This document shows positions 21,900-34,359 of a DNA stretch of 64,000 nucleotides, piece after piece. Under the pieces are notes generated by a model. That model had not been told where the DNA came from. It was given only the letters and a program-made list of their open reading frames with translations, and made no database searches. How positions within the stretch are numbered: the stretch's first letter is position 1; the number at the start of each line of letters is the position of its first letter. A program made the translations under genes and the position numbers. The DNA is from Anthoceros angustus (lineage: Eukaryota > Plantae > Anthocerotophyta): contig MU008163.1 of NCBI GenBank assembly GCA_010909165.1, positions 620,001 to 684,000 on the forward strand. Direction: 5' to 3'.

Positions 21900-24800
21900 A
21901 AGAGCCTACGTGCGCCGTAAAAAGAAAGCAGGAGAACCTCGTCGTCCCAAGCCAGAAGTCAATTCTGTTACCAAGGAGAAACCTTCAAGTTCTGAGGGAG
22001 GCAAGGCTGTTGTCAAGATTTTTACTATCTGCCTTTCCTCCTCCTCCACCGACCCTGGAAGTTGGTATCTTGACTCTGGCGCCACTGCACATATCTGCAA
22101 AGACAAACGTATGTTCAGCAGTTATAAGGACATCCAGCATACGGATCAAGCAATTCTACTTGGCGATGAACAAAAATCAACGAGCTTACCGATTCAGGGT
22201 TATGGTACATGCCGTTTTGTTATGACTGACAACTCAGTTCTCCATGTTCTAGGCATCTTATATGTACCTGGTATGGCCAAGAATCTCCTTTCGATCAGAT
22301 TGCTTGCTATTCACCATAATCTGGAAGTTCGTTTCTTCGGAACATCCTTTGAAGTCTTCATACGAGCTTCGAGTTCTTGTATTGGTAGAGGAGTTCCTGA
22401 TGCCGATCTATATCGCTTGGACGCCATTTGTGAGACCCCCTCTACAATCTCTGTAGCTGCTACTGTCCCTTCAGCTCACCTGCCAAACACAGAACAAGCA
22501 AAGTTATGGCATGGTCGCCTTGGGCATGTAAACAAGAACTCATTGATCAAAATGTCGACTGGAGATTGCTATGCTGAGCCCCTGCCACCTTGCTTTAAAG
22601 ACTTACCTCTTTGTGAAGCCTGTTTGATTTCTAAACAGAAAGAGAAGTCCTTTCCAAACTCTGGTTTTCGCTCTTCTGCAGTCCTGGATTTAATTCATAT
22701 TGATATTTCTGGCAAGCTGCAGACCAAGTCCATTAGAGGCTCTCTATATTACCTGACTATTACTGATGATTTCAGTCGTTACACCTGGACCTACCCAATG
22801 GCTAAAAAGAGTGACACTTTTATCTGTTTCCAAGAGTGGCTTCCTATGGCACAGCGGCAATCTGGACGTTCTCTCAAGTGCATTCGTTCTGACAACGGGA
22901 CAGAGTTCTGCAACAACTCTTTTGACCAATATCTCCAGGATCGCGGCATCATCCGGCAGCTCACAGTTCCATACACACCACAACAAAACGGAGTTGCTGA
23001 GCGTAAGAACCAAACACTTATGGGTATGACAAGTATGTGGCGGGCACGACTACCGCTTTCGATCTGGTGAGGCTATTGTGGCGACTTATATCGAATCGCT
23101 CACGACATCTCTTACAGGCAAGACTCCTTTCGAAATGTTTTGGGGTCGTAAGCCCAGTATCCTCCATCTTCGAGTTTTTGGCTCCACTGCCTTTGCCTAC
23201 ATCCCACAAGCAAAATGTCAGAAGCTAGATGATAGATCTAGGGCTTTAATGTTTGTAGGCTACAGTGAAGAAGCCAAGGCCTATAAGTTGATTGATCCAC
23301 TTACCCTTGTTCCTACCCTTGCTCGCAGCGTTGTTTTTAAAGAGCTTTTAGAGCCAGGCCCCTATGGCAAACCGGGTGTTCATGATGATTCTGACTCCTC
23401 TGATGAGGAGGATACTCCTCCAGATACTTCTGATCTGGATCCTCAGCCTGTACAGTTTCCGCAAGGGGACCCTGGTCCTGCTCCACCTGCTCACATTGCT
23501 TTTCCACCACTAGATCTTGATCCTGATCCCGATATTGATCCTGATTTTGTTCTTGTCCCCGATCCTGTTGACCTAGAGGCTGATCTACCTGAGCCCGAGC
23601 CTGAGCCAGTGTTCCCAGCTCCAGAGGAGGTCCCTGCTGAACCTCCTGCAGCCGTTGTCCCTCCAGATGCTCCCCCTCGGCGTTATCCTCTTAGAACTCG
23701 TCTCCCTCCTTCTCAGTGGACTGAACCTCCTTATAAATCCATTGATTTTCGCCCTGCTGCTCATGCTGCCACTCCTGGCAGCTCCCCTCTTCTCCTTGAC
23801 CCTGCTTCCATGGACGAAGCTCATTCTGGTCCAGACGCACACCATTGGCAAGCTGCAGTAGAGGAGGAATACCAATCTATCCTGAAGAATAAGACTTGGG
23901 TACTTACAGACTTGCCACCTGATAGAAAAGCTGTGACCTGTAAATGGGTTTTTAAAACTAAGCTTAACGCTGAAGGTGAAATTGCAAGGTATAAGGCCCG
24001 TCTCTATGCTTGAGGTTTTTCCCAAGTCCCCGGTTTGGATTACCAGGAGACTTTCTCACCTGTTGTCTGAGCACAATCTGTCAGGATACTTTTAGCTGCT
24101 GCTGCTGAGTTAAACCTCGAACTACATCAAATGGACGTTTGCACAGCATTTTTGCATGGAGAAATCGAGGAGGAAATATATATGGAGCAACCTCAAGGCT
24201 ATGTGGACAAGCGTTTCCCTAACAAGGTCCTCAAACTTCTCAGGGCCCTATATGGCCTTAAGCAGAGTGCTATGCTATGGAATAAGAAACTTGACGAGGA
24301 ACTCCAAGCTCTAGGTTTTGTGCAAAGTGCTGCTGACTCATCTGTTTACTATCTGGTCGACGGGGCAGCTTTCTGCATCCTCGCTGTATATGTGGATGAC
24401 TGTATGTTTGCCTGCTCCGACTCTGACCTGCTCAACAAAATCAAGGGTCTTCTTAGCAGCAAGTTTGAGATGAAGGATGTGGGAGCTCTAAAATTTTGTC
24501 TTGGTGTTCAAGTACTAAGGAACAGAGATAAATGGCTTATTGTTATTCATCAGAAGAAGTACCTTACTGAAATTCTGAAGCATTTTGAGCTAGATCAGGC
24601 TAGGCCAGTCGGCACTCCAGGTTCTGTGGGAGCTAAACTTACCTCTGATCAGTGTGCCAGTACCCCTGAGGAGATAGTAGACATGGAAAAGGTTCCATAC
24701 AGACATGCTATCGGTTGCCTGATTTTTATCTCGAATTGGACACGTCCTGACATAGCACACTATGTTAGTTGTGTATCCCAATTTCTGGAAAAACCTGGAC

Positions 24801-25120
24801 GCATCCATTGGGCAGCTGTGAAACGAATTTATCGATATCTGAAGGGTACCTTGCATTTTGGCCTTTTCTATCAGTCGAATTCTCTTTCTGGACTAACTCT
24901 TTCAGCATACACAGATGCAGACTGGGCCTCCGACTCAGATTCACGCAAGAGTTTATCAACATACTGTTTTCTTCTAGCCGGAGGAGCTGTTAATTGGTCC
25001 TGCAAAAAGCAAACATCCATAGCTCTATCATCGACTGAAGCTGAGTACATTTCACTCACTGACTCAGCAAAGGAGGCTGAATGGGAGCGATCTTACCTGA
25101 AGGATATTCACCTTGAGCAG
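21900..25120 (+). pseudogene. pol: Copia Pol (PR-INT-RT-partial RH), disrupted
   Basis: ORF pieces 21715-23070, 23078-24013 and 24131-25174. There is a frameshift near 23065-23080 and in-frame TGA codons at 24011-24013 and 24068-24070 where Arg is expected (ARL.A*GF; PVV*AQSVR). Confidence 0.92.
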
Positions 25121-25835
25121 ACACTCGCAAATCACTTTGGGCGGAAGCGGAAGGAGGTTCGGTTCACTTTCTGAGGTGTGATGGAAGTGGCTCGTAGGCC
25201 AGGAAAGTTTCAAACTGCTGGAGTCCCAGGACTGTCCGGGAGAATGGCGCCATGTGTGCTGTTCTTCTAACTGTTGCAGATAGGCGGAGGTTTGCGGAGG
25301 CTTAGAGCTGAAAGTTGGAATCGTCCCGCCACCTGCAGTACGGACAACAAGATGATCAGGGCACCGAACGTGATGTCCAACAATCTGAAGATGCTGTGCA
25401 AGCTTGGGAGTTGGAGGAGTGTGTCCAGAAATTGAAATTCACAGAAACACACGGGCCTGGGGATTCGTCCGCTTACCTGCGTCTTGACGAACCAGAGTTT
25501 GTAGGATGTGGTGCTGTCCACTTGGAGAGTTTCAGTTCCTGGCAATGGTGGGTCGTGACAGATAGTGATGGGTTCTCCCCCGCCCATTGATCCCGGGACA
25601 TGGGAAGGGCGAGGACGGTGGCGGTTTACGCCCACCATTCTGCAGTTGCGCTCACGAGGGCTGGGCCCCTGGAGGGAGCTCGGAGGTGCGCACAAGCTTG
25701 GTTTGGGTCAAGCAGACTGCCCTGTGGGTCTGGCCCTTGGCTCCCTGACAGAGGGATGCAGTGCACGGAAATTGGATCTTCTCGGAAGCAGCGGAACGGC
25801 GAGCAGAGAGTCGCAGGGGCTGTGCTTGGAGGTGA

Positions 25836-28400
25836 GTGTGCGGTGTGAATACCAGGCCAGTGCCAGTCACTCTTTTGTTTTGGGGAGTTGAAAGTTGCAG
25901 CTTTGATCCTGGCTTTCAAGTGTGCAGGGTGGCGAGGAGGGAACGTTCTCCAAGTGCTGCTGCATGTGGGGAAGGAGTGGCTGACGAACTTGGAGCCGTA
26001 GAAGTGAAAGTTCAAGAGGGGACTCCTGTGACCACCAAGGTTTTCTACCGCATTTTGTGCAGGTGCATTTCACATAGTGATCTTGCAACAGGCAGGAAGG
26101 TGGACTCTCTCATCAGCAAAGGCGGGCTTGCAGACAACGCCTTTCTGGCAAGCCACCTGATACGGATGTATGCTTGTCTGGGGAGTTTGCAAGATGCCCA
26201 TGATGTATTCAATAGATTGCCTGCACAAGATGAGATGTCGTGGGCAGCTATCATCTCGGCGTGCTGCAGGCAGGGGCAGGCTAAACAGGCCATAGCTCTG
26301 TACCACCAAATGCGGCAGACAACGGTGAAGCCAGACAGGAGCATCTTTGTGGCTGTTCTCAAAGCTTGTGCGAGTTGCGCATCTCTTGTACAAGGGAAGC
26401 TGATCCATGGCCACATCATTGAAAGCCGTTATCTGACGGATGCTAGTGTTAGCAGTGCAATTGTGGAGATGTATGCAAAATGCGGGAGCCTGGTGGATGC
26501 TCGCTCAGTGTTTGAGGGGCTGACCACAGCAGACGTTGTCACATGGACAGGAATGATCTCAGCATATTCCCAGTTTGGCGATGTCCAGAATGCTTTTGAG
26601 CTCTTTTGGCAGATGGTGAATGCCGGCCTGCATCCCGATACGGTTGCGCTTGTAACTGTCCTGAGAGCATGTTCCAGTACCGCAGCCCTAGATCAAGGCA
26701 GAGTGATACATGCTTACATCGTGGGTCGTGATTCTGCTACCGACAGGTTTCTTGGCAGCACGCTCATGGACATGTATGTAAAGTGTGGGAGTCAGGAGGA
26801 TGCCCGTAAAGTGTTTGATAGCTTGCCATATGTAGATCTTGTGTCTTGGAACAACATCATCACTGCATACTCACAAAGTGAGTGTGCTCAAGACATGCTG
26901 CAACCCTTCCTGCAAATGCAGGAGGAGGGTGTGCAACCTGATCGTGTCACTTTCTTGATCATCCTGAAAGGATGTTCCACCTTGGCAGCATTGGAGCTGG
27001 GCAGGTTGATTCAGGTCCACATACAGGAGAGAGGGCTAGAGTCAGACCTATCTGTTGCAAATACTCTAATCAGCATGTTTGCCAAATGCAACAGCTTCGA
27101 GGATGCCAGAGGAGTATTTGATAGGATGGTTGTGAAAGACTTGGTTACCTGGACTGGGATGATCATGGGATATGCACAATCTGGTGATCGTCAAGTGGCT
27201 CTTGAACTCATTCAGCAAATGCAACGAGAAGATGTCCGGTTGGAAAAGGCGTCATTGCTGAGCATCCTGAAAGTGTGTTCCAACACCTCATCTCTGGCCG
27301 AGGGAAAGTTGATTCACGCTTGCACCACAAAGAGTGGACTTGAGTTAGATACATCCATCGGCAACTCTCTTATCGACATGTATTCCAAATGCGGGAGCCC
27401 TGCGGATGCGCGGGGGTTGTTTGAGAGATTGCCAGCAAGAAGTGTTGTCACATATAATGCCATGATCGCAGCATACTGTCTGGATGGAGACAGCGAGGAA
27501 GCCTTTCAACTTTTCCGACGGATGCGAACAGAGGGCCTTCAGGCGAGTAAGGTAACAGTTCTGAGCATGCTGAGAGCATGCTCCAATGTGGGAGCACTTC
27601 ACCATGGCAAGGCCCTCCACTCGTATATTGTGGAAGTTGGTATGAAGTCAGATGCAGATGTCTTGTGTGCTCTCATCGACATGTATGCCAAGTGCGGGAG
27701 CTTGGAGGATGCTCGTACAGTGTTTGATAGATCAGACACGAGAGATCTGGTAATGTGGACTGCTATGATTTCAGGATGTGCTCAGCACGGTGCTGCTCAG
27801 GTGGCTCTGCAGCTCTTTCAGCAAATGCAACAGGAGGGCGTGCAACCCAACAATGTGACGTTCCTCTGCCTGCTGAATGCCTGTAGCCATGCTGGGTTGT
27901 GGGAGAAGGGCTTTCAAGTGTTCCTTTCCATGTCTCAGGACTTTGGTCTTACCCCTGAACTGGAGCACTATGCCTGCATGGTCGATCTTCTTGGTCGATT
28001 GGGGTATCTCGATGAGGCGAAGGAGTTCATCCACAGTCTTCCAGAACAGCCTGACCTGGTGTTGTGGATGTCTCTGTTGGGGGCCTGTCGAACACATGTG
28101 AATGTAGACATAGGATGGCGATCTTTTGAAGAAATTTTGAAGCTGGACATGCAGAACGCCGCTGCATATCGTCTCATGGCAGATGTCTATGCAATGGCTG
28201 GCATGCAGAGAAGTTCCATCAACCTGAGCAGGAAGATGATGGGTGCTGGGGCCAAGAAGGAACCTGGCCGCACATGGATGGAGTCTGGTAATGAGGTGCA
28301 TACCTTCGCAGTGGAAGACGCTGGTCATCGTGAAAGAAGAGAGATATATCTTGAGCTGGAAAAACTTGTGGGGTCGGTTAGACAACAGACCCGTCTTTAG
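25836..28400 (+). CDS. PLS-class pentatricopeptide repeat protein with E/E+ extension, no DYW domain (organellar RNA-editing factor type)
   Basis: Tandem P-L-S motifs (LIRMYACLGSLQDAHDVF..DEMSWAAIISA; MYAKCGSL.DAR.VF; DVVTWTGMISAY; PDRVTFL) and an E domain (PELEHYACMVDLLGRLG..PDLVLWMSLLGACRTH..KKEPGRTWME). It stops after RREIYLELEKL. The ORF start is GTG, so the true ATG is probably on upstream exon(s); a candidate intron is 25832-25927. Confidence 0.93.
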   Translation: MCGVNTRPVPVTLLFWGVESCSFDPGFQVCRVARRERSPSAAACGEGVADELGAVEVKVQEGTPVTTKVFYRILCRCISHSDLATGRKVDSLISKGGLADNAFLASHLIRMYACLGSLQDAHDVFNRLPAQDEMSWAAIISACCRQGQAKQAIALYHQMRQTTVKPDRSIFVAVLKACASCASLVQGKLIHGHIIESRYLTDASVSSAIVEMYAKCGSLVDARSVFEGLTTADVVTWTGMISAYSQFGDVQNAFELFWQMVNAGLHPDTVALVTVLRACSSTAALDQGRVIHAYIVGRDSATDRFLGSTLMDMYVKCGSQEDARKVFDSLPYVDLVSWNNIITAYSQSECAQDMLQPFLQMQEEGVQPDRVTFLIILKGCSTLAALELGRLIQVHIQERGLESDLSVANTLISMFAKCNSFEDARGVFDRMVVKDLVTWTGMIMGYAQSGDRQVALELIQQMQREDVRLEKASLLSILKVCSNTSSLAEGKLIHACTTKSGLELDTSIGNSLIDMYSKCGSPADARGLFERLPARSVVTYNAMIAAYCLDGDSEEAFQLFRRMRTEGLQASKVTVLSMLRACSNVGALHHGKALHSYIVEVGMKSDADVLCALIDMYAKCGSLEDARTVFDRSDTRDLVMWTAMISGCAQHGAAQVALQLFQQMQQEGVQPNNVTFLCLLNACSHAGLWEKGFQVFLSMSQDFGLTPELEHYACMVDLLGRLGYLDEAKEFIHSLPEQPDLVLWMSLLGACRTHVNVDIGWRSFEEILKLDMQNAAAYRLMADVYAMAGMQRSSINLSRKMMGAGAKKEPGRTWMESGNEVHTFAVEDAGHRERREIYLELEKLVGSVRQQTRL

Positions 28401-28789
28401 CCACAGAACATCCGTAGTGAAACCTGACAAAATATCACGAACACAAGCCAGAGTTGTTTCCTGCTGATGACAGGAGTGTGGTCAGTAGGACAGTCCACAG
28501 TTCTCTGGTGACGATCTGCCAGGCAAGCAACCAACATATTGTATTAATAAGTACTCTCGAACCATTGGTTCCTTGCGTACGGGAGGCCTGACACAGGGGG
28601 CGCACGACGCTGTGATGGCAGCAATTGGAGCATCCCGTGGCCGACAAGCCTCTTGCAGGATTCCGTGGCCGCCAAGCATCTTGGGCTCCTGCATTCGTGA
28701 GCTTCCTCTTCCGACACATGAGAGGCTTGGGAAGTCATTGCCCTGCCGTTCAGCTATAGCCTGGCCGTGTATCACAGACGGGAGCAGCC

Positions 28790-30515
28790 ATGCCGACTCC
28801 GTATACAGTGGCCGAGCTCGTGCTGTATCCTGTCAAGTCATGCCGTGGTCTCTCGGTGCCCAAAGCTTGCGTCTCCTCATGGGGTAGGCAGTGGCTGGAA
28901 TTAGCCATGATTCCTGGCTCATGATCTTCTTTCCCACAACCTCTGAATGCTCCCAACAATGCAGGTTTTCTGTACGACAGGGAGTGGATGGTGGTGACTG
29001 CAGAGAAGGGACGTTTGATAGCACAAGCCAGAGCTCCCAAGCTAGCGCTTGTACAGCCTTCACTTCCTCTTGGTCTGTTCGAAGGACAAGCAGTCCCCGG
29101 TGCTGCTGTTGTATGTAAGCTCTCCTCCAAGATCCTTTTTGCAAAGCTGGTTCGCCCCCGAAAATCTCACTGCTTCCATGGTCTGGCAGGCATGGACGCA
29201 CCTGGAATGCCGACGCTCAAGGTCCCCCTGGAGCGACCAGTCCCAAGCTCTGCTCTGAAAAAGGGGCAGCGAGGAGCCATTGTGGATGTCGTGGTATGGA
29301 CTTGGTCTGGCCACGGCATAGATGAAGGTCCGGAGGCCAGCAGCTGGTGGACTGAGTACCTGGGCATGCCTGCTCGTCTTGTCCGAGTTCCTGAAGGTGA
29401 GGTCAAGTCCTACCACTTCTGATCCAGCTTGTTCCTACCTTAACTCCTTGAACGAGAACGCGGTACCCGGACGTGCCACATGATACAGATCTGATGGACC
29501 GCCAAGTGGAATCTGCTCCTGATGGATTTGTGACCGGGTTCACCAACACAGGACAGTTCCTGTTTGCATCTGAGGTGCTCCTTTGAACCACGTCCATGAT
29601 GGTGTCAGGTCGGCCTGTCTTCCCAATCTTCTCACTTCATAGAATCAGTCTTGTGCAGTCCTCACTGGAAGATCTGAACCAGCGTTTGGAGCATCCAATC
29701 CAGATGAACCGCTTCAGGCCAAAGTCTGCCAAGTCTCGCCTCTTTGAAGATGAACAAACAAACCTACAATAGATGCATGTCCTTCGTTCTGTCCAGAAAT
29801 CGTTCTAGTTTTCCTAACCTGCAGTCGTGGATTCTTGCGGCAGTGTGGTGATTCGAGGACCAAGGCCATTTGAAGAGGACGAATGGCGTACCTTTGCAAC
29901 TGTGCGTGGTGGTCAGAAGCTCCATTTCTCATACGCCATGCGCTGTGCTCGGTGCAAGGTATGTATGTTCACTCCTTCCAAATGCGAGCTCCACTGCAGG
30001 CTCTGTAAAGACAGGAGCCCATCAGGCCATCTTTTGTCCCCACTCGCAGGTTCCAAGCATCAACCAGGAGACTGCAGAAGGTCCTGCTTCCGAGCCTGGG
30101 AAGGTCTGAAGTTGCCTGCAAATCTGACATACATGCTACCTCTTCAATCTTTGCCCTTTCTTCCAAAAAAAGAACGCTCTCTCTTCCATCTGACTTTAGC
30201 CTTGCCTCGACACCTGCGCAGACTCTGGCCACTTACCGATCTGGAAAGTTGCTGGGCATGGATGCCAGGGACGCAAAGCAGGTGCGCATTGATTTCCTCA
30301 CAGATCACACTGTCCTTGCCTCCTGCTCCTGGCAGCAACGCAACCTGGAACCTTCCTTTCTTACTCAGGCAAGTCGACTCCTCTCCTGCCAGGTTTTCTT
30401 CGGGACCTATTTCGTTTGCGACCGCACAACGCATCTGAAGAAAAGTGCGCTGGATGAACTCCCTGCCGTGGCAGTGGGAGATACTCTTGAAATTTTCACG
30501 TGGGCGCCGTCCTGA
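28790..30515 (+). CDS. MOSC-domain protein (mARC / molybdenum cofactor sulfurase C-terminal family), multi-exon
   Basis: MPTPYTVAELVLYPVKSCRGLSV; LYDREWMVV..GRLIAQARAPKLALV; DEGPEASSWWTEYLG..RLVR; LEDLNQRLEHPIQMNRFRP; FEEDEW; RCARCK|VPSINQETA; VFFG..AVGDTL. The peptides are separated by short GT-AG introns. Confidence 0.9.
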
Positions 30516-30914
30516 TCGATTTTGGCATCGGCATGCGCTGCGCGGCCAGCAGAGCTCTGTACATACAGCATTTCACAACCGTTCTTCTTTTCTTTGAAGA
30601 AGTCCAGTCCTTCATCAGTTCGGCCAACTTCAAGATGAACGTTAGCCGGCCCGGCGTTATACATAGGTAACCCGAGGGGAGGCTAAGACCCGTCCCTTCC
30701 CCCTGGTCCGCCAGCAACTGTCGTCTGATCTGCGTCTGGTTTGAGCCAATTGCCAGTTGGTGATCAAGGAATTCAAGCAATTACATCAAGATTGAGGTCA
30801 TAGGAGCGGTCCTGGCTTGCAACAAAGCCTTCAAGCAGCGTGAAATGACTCGGAAGCAAAGAGAGACGCAAATCGGAGTCTCCTGAACAGGATTTCGAGC
30901 CGCTCAGCGGCGCA

Positions 30915-33900
30915 ATGCCGAAATCTACTGCTCCGCTCTCTGCTGGCTGGAGATCTTCGCCGCTGCCTTCAGGCAGCCAGCAGGCGGACAAGAGAAATGT
31001 CTCCGATTCACGGAACACCGGCCTGCAATTCGGGAGTCCCCTCGGCGTCGTGCCTCCGCCGCTTGATTGCATGTTCGGGCTCGCAGATCAGAAGCAACCA
31101 GACGCTGATGAGTCAAGGATTTGGAGCCGGTTTGCAAATGCTGGTGCGCTGAGCGAGTATTCGCTGAGAGAGAAGGATCGTGCTGTACTGATCTCTGGCT
31201 TGGCCGCCTTCGAGGCTGAGGTAGGCTCCGTTCTGCAGGCAGTCACAACTTCAATGACGCTTTCGCCTCCGTGAAGTTGCAGGCCTGTCTGGTCTGGATG
31301 GATCTTTTCCACAATTTTGGCTTTGTTGTGTTTCAGCTGCACGACTATCAGTACAACATGGGGCTTCTCCTGTTGGAACGGAAGGCTTTGGCTTCCGAAT
31401 GTGCGACTTTGAGAATCGCAGTCGCAGAGGCCGAAGAGAAATTGAGAAGAGGAGATGGAGTGCATGCCCGCGAGTTGTCCGATGCTAAAAATCGAGAGAA
31501 CCTGCTGAAGAAAGCGTTGGATATGGAGAGACAATGCTCAGCAGATGTAGGGATTGAGGAGATTTCAGTCTTGCTGCAGTTTGTAGAGGCTTCTGTTTGT
31601 TTACGGTCGGTTCGATGTTTGCTTGCCCGCAGCTGGAGAGAGCTTTGCGAGAGGCAATGAAAGAGGCGGGTGAAGGTCAAGCATCTGCTAATAGGAAACT
31701 TGCGCAAGTGGATGAGGCACTATTCCAAGCCGAAGAGAAAGAACTTTCGGCAAAATCCAAGCTGCATTCTGCCGAAGCCTTGTGTGCTGAAGCAAATCGC
31801 AAAAACGCGCAGCTGGAAACGAGGCTGCACGACATTGAAGCTCGTGAAGGGGCTTTGAGAAGGGATCGGCAAACTCTTGATCTTCAGTAAGCTGCGGTGT
31901 AAATCATTCCGTGACAAACGTCATCTTGTGAGCAGGTTCCCCTGACTTACTGCTCATGTTCCAGACTGGAGGCACGTACGGCTGAGGTAGTTCGCCAGGA
32001 GCAGAGTCTGCATAAATGGCAAAAGGGACTACAAGAAGGTCAAGACCGGTTGCTGCAAGGGGAGAGACTGTTAAACTCTCGTGAATGCTGCTTGAGTGAC
32101 AGAGATGACTCATTAAGAGAGGCTGAGAGAGATTTGTTAGACCGAAGAAAGCTTCTAGAAGAGCAGCAAGCGTCATTGCACCAGGCGGAGGAGGAATTGA
32201 AAGCAAAGGTGGCCACGGAAAGGGCAAGGGAACAGGTATTAGTTGTAGAATCCCCTACAGAAAGCTGTGTTATAAGCAATGCTTGAAGATTTGACGCCGG
32301 TTACGTTTTTTCCGCGTCTTCCGATGGGGTCGGCGGGTTTTGCTTGAGCGACAGGCTTTGGTGGAACGGGAGGTCAATGTGATCCAGAAGGAGCAAGAGG
32401 GATTGGTGCGTCAGGAGCAACTGGCCAGCAAAGAGAAAGTAATTTGCCTCAAACCAGCTACTTATGCCATTGAGCTTACTGATTGAACCGCCTCAAGCAT
32501 GTTGGTGACATCTGGCAGGAGTTTGAAAGGCGTGAATTAGACTTGACGGATACGAATGAACAACTACAAGCCCTGCAGATGACAATAAACATCAAGCAAG
32601 AAGACATCACCAAACAGAAAAAGGACCTGGTATGCCGCCCAACTCACTGCTTTTTCTTAGCTGTAGTAACCAAGTCTACCACTTGAGTTCAAACAGGTAG
32701 ACATAGAACAAAGTTAGTTAAGTTGAGAAACATATATTTCAGAATCTGCGTAGCAAGAAGCTCGAGGAGGAACAGAGCAAACTGGAGGAGAAGAGAAAAC
32801 GATATGAAGACACTGCTGTAGAGCTACAAGAACTTCACTGCTACCTGGAAACTGAGAAAGAAGCTTGCACAGAGGAACGAGAAACAATGCAGGCAACCAT
32901 TGATGCACTGAAACATCGCTCACAAACACTATCCAAGAGAGAACAAGAAGCAGCCAAGCGAGAGGAGGCCCTGAAAAAGCATGAGAAGAAGACTGATTTG
33001 ATCACAAAACAGAAGCAGATAGCCACAGAGAGTAGGAACGTGGATGACAGGGTGAGATCAGCAAGAGAGGACCTTCAGAAGATGGTTGACGCAATAGAGC
33101 ACGGGAAGCTGAAGATTGTCAGGCAGCGGCAAAAGCTGCAGAGAGCAGACAACATACACCAGCAGCTACAAGATGAGATTGAAGCACTCAGAGCACAAAG
33201 ACAGACAACCATAGCCAATGTCCAAGAACTCCGTGCAGAGCGAGCTAAGTATGCCAAGGAGAGGGATGCACTTGAGGCCAAAACAAACAGGATGAAATTG
33301 GAGCTGGAGAGAGAGAAGGAAGAGAGGAAATCAATGGCCATCTGGTTGCAGGATGAAGGGGAGAGATCGAAGAGAGAAAAACAAGAAGCTCTTGCCAAGT
33401 TTCAATTAGAGATAGACACTCTCAAGAGTGAAAAGGACCAGTGTGACAGAGACATTGCAAGCAAACGCTCTCAACTACTCTCTGGGCTACAAAACGACAG
33501 GCAGGACCTTGAAAGCAGCCTACAATCCAGAGAACAGGAACTCGAATGGAGACTCGAGAAAGAAAGAGAGGGCATTAGAACGTACTATCTGGAGATGGAA
33601 ACAAAGCTGCTGAGGGAAGTGCGAGAAGAGAAGGAGGAGATTCGTGCATCTAGGGTGACCGTCATGCAAGCAATGGGGGAGATCAAGCTGGAAAGGAAAG
33701 CTCTGGACAAGGAGAGACTAGAACTCCTAAAACAGAAACAACAGTGCGGTAATGACGCGGGAGTCGTGAGTTCAGTGACAGAGAAACTGAAAAGGCAGCT
33801 GGAACCAGCTGATGATGAGAAGAGAGACGAGGATGATAACAGGTGTGCACAGGATGATAACGCCTGCACGTTGGAAGACCAGCGCGGCCTTGGAGACAGC

Positions 33901-34359
33901 AGCAGTCTAGGCTGCAGAGACACAGAATTCCCCACCGAAGCTCTCTTCATCAGGAGCACTGGGCCACATTGTCACAAGTCCGAAAGGACAGACACCTCCA
34001 CCTGCGAAGTCGAAAACATTGCCACGTCATCAGAGAAGGGCAAGCAGAAGACCTTCAGCCCTGAGGACATTGAAGAACAGAACCTTTCAATACCTCATCA
34101 CCAACAGGCACAACTTTCGTCAGACACTGTAAGCGGTCAAGCCCCAGAAGGAAACAGTGCCAACATCAGAAGGAAAGGTAGTTGCTCCAAAGCTGTTGTC
34201 ACAACAAAACTGCTAGAAGAACTAAACGCTGTCCTCGATCTTGGAGAGGCCAACTCGAAGGACAAAGAAGATGGCAAGGAATCACCACCGCAGGAAGTAG
34301 AACCTTCGGAGAACCTTCACCGGAAGAGAAGACGCTCCCTTGAAATTCATTTGACGTGA
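30915..34359 (+). CDS. CRWN: Nuclear matrix constituent protein / CROWDED NUCLEI (plant lamin-like coiled-coil protein)
   Basis: DESRIWSRFANAGALSE.SLREKDR; LHDYQYNMGLLLLERK; RENLLKKALDMERQC..D|LERAL; AEALCAEANRK..LETRL..IEARE. These are followed by a long coiled-coil exon (32887-) and a basic NLS-like RKRRR near the end. The exact C-terminus is uncertain. Confidence 0.88.

Larger units (their letters stand above)
19812..25120 (+). mobile_element. Ty1/copia LTR retrotransposon, decayed and 3'-truncated (no complete RNase H, PPT or 3' LTR)
   Basis: PBS at 20043, then gag, protease (WYLDSGAT), GAG-pre-integrase (LWHGRLGH, CEACLISKQ), integrase (DDFSRYTW..SDNGTEF..TPQQNGVAERKN), RT (QMDVCTAFLHG, ALYGLKQS, YVDD) and the start of RNase H (YTDADWASD, SSTEAEY), in copia order. 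Similarity stops at ~25120. The 5' LTR start is not resolved. Confidence 0.93.

Noticed and set aside
21860-21900. Programmed +1 frameshift or readthrough between gag and pol (TCT TAG C)
   Set aside because: The zinc knuckle here is degenerate and pol has another frameshift and two stops, so decay is the simpler explanation. Plant copia elements normally have one ORF.
25267-25695. 142-aa minus-strand ORF with a hydrophobic segment
   Set aside because: It has a non-ATG start, overlaps the likely PPR leader exons on the other strand, and has no recognised motif.
28615-28887. 90-codon out-of-frame uORF overlapping the MOSC start
   Set aside because: No conservation or transcript evidence, and such ORFs arise readily by chance at this GC content.
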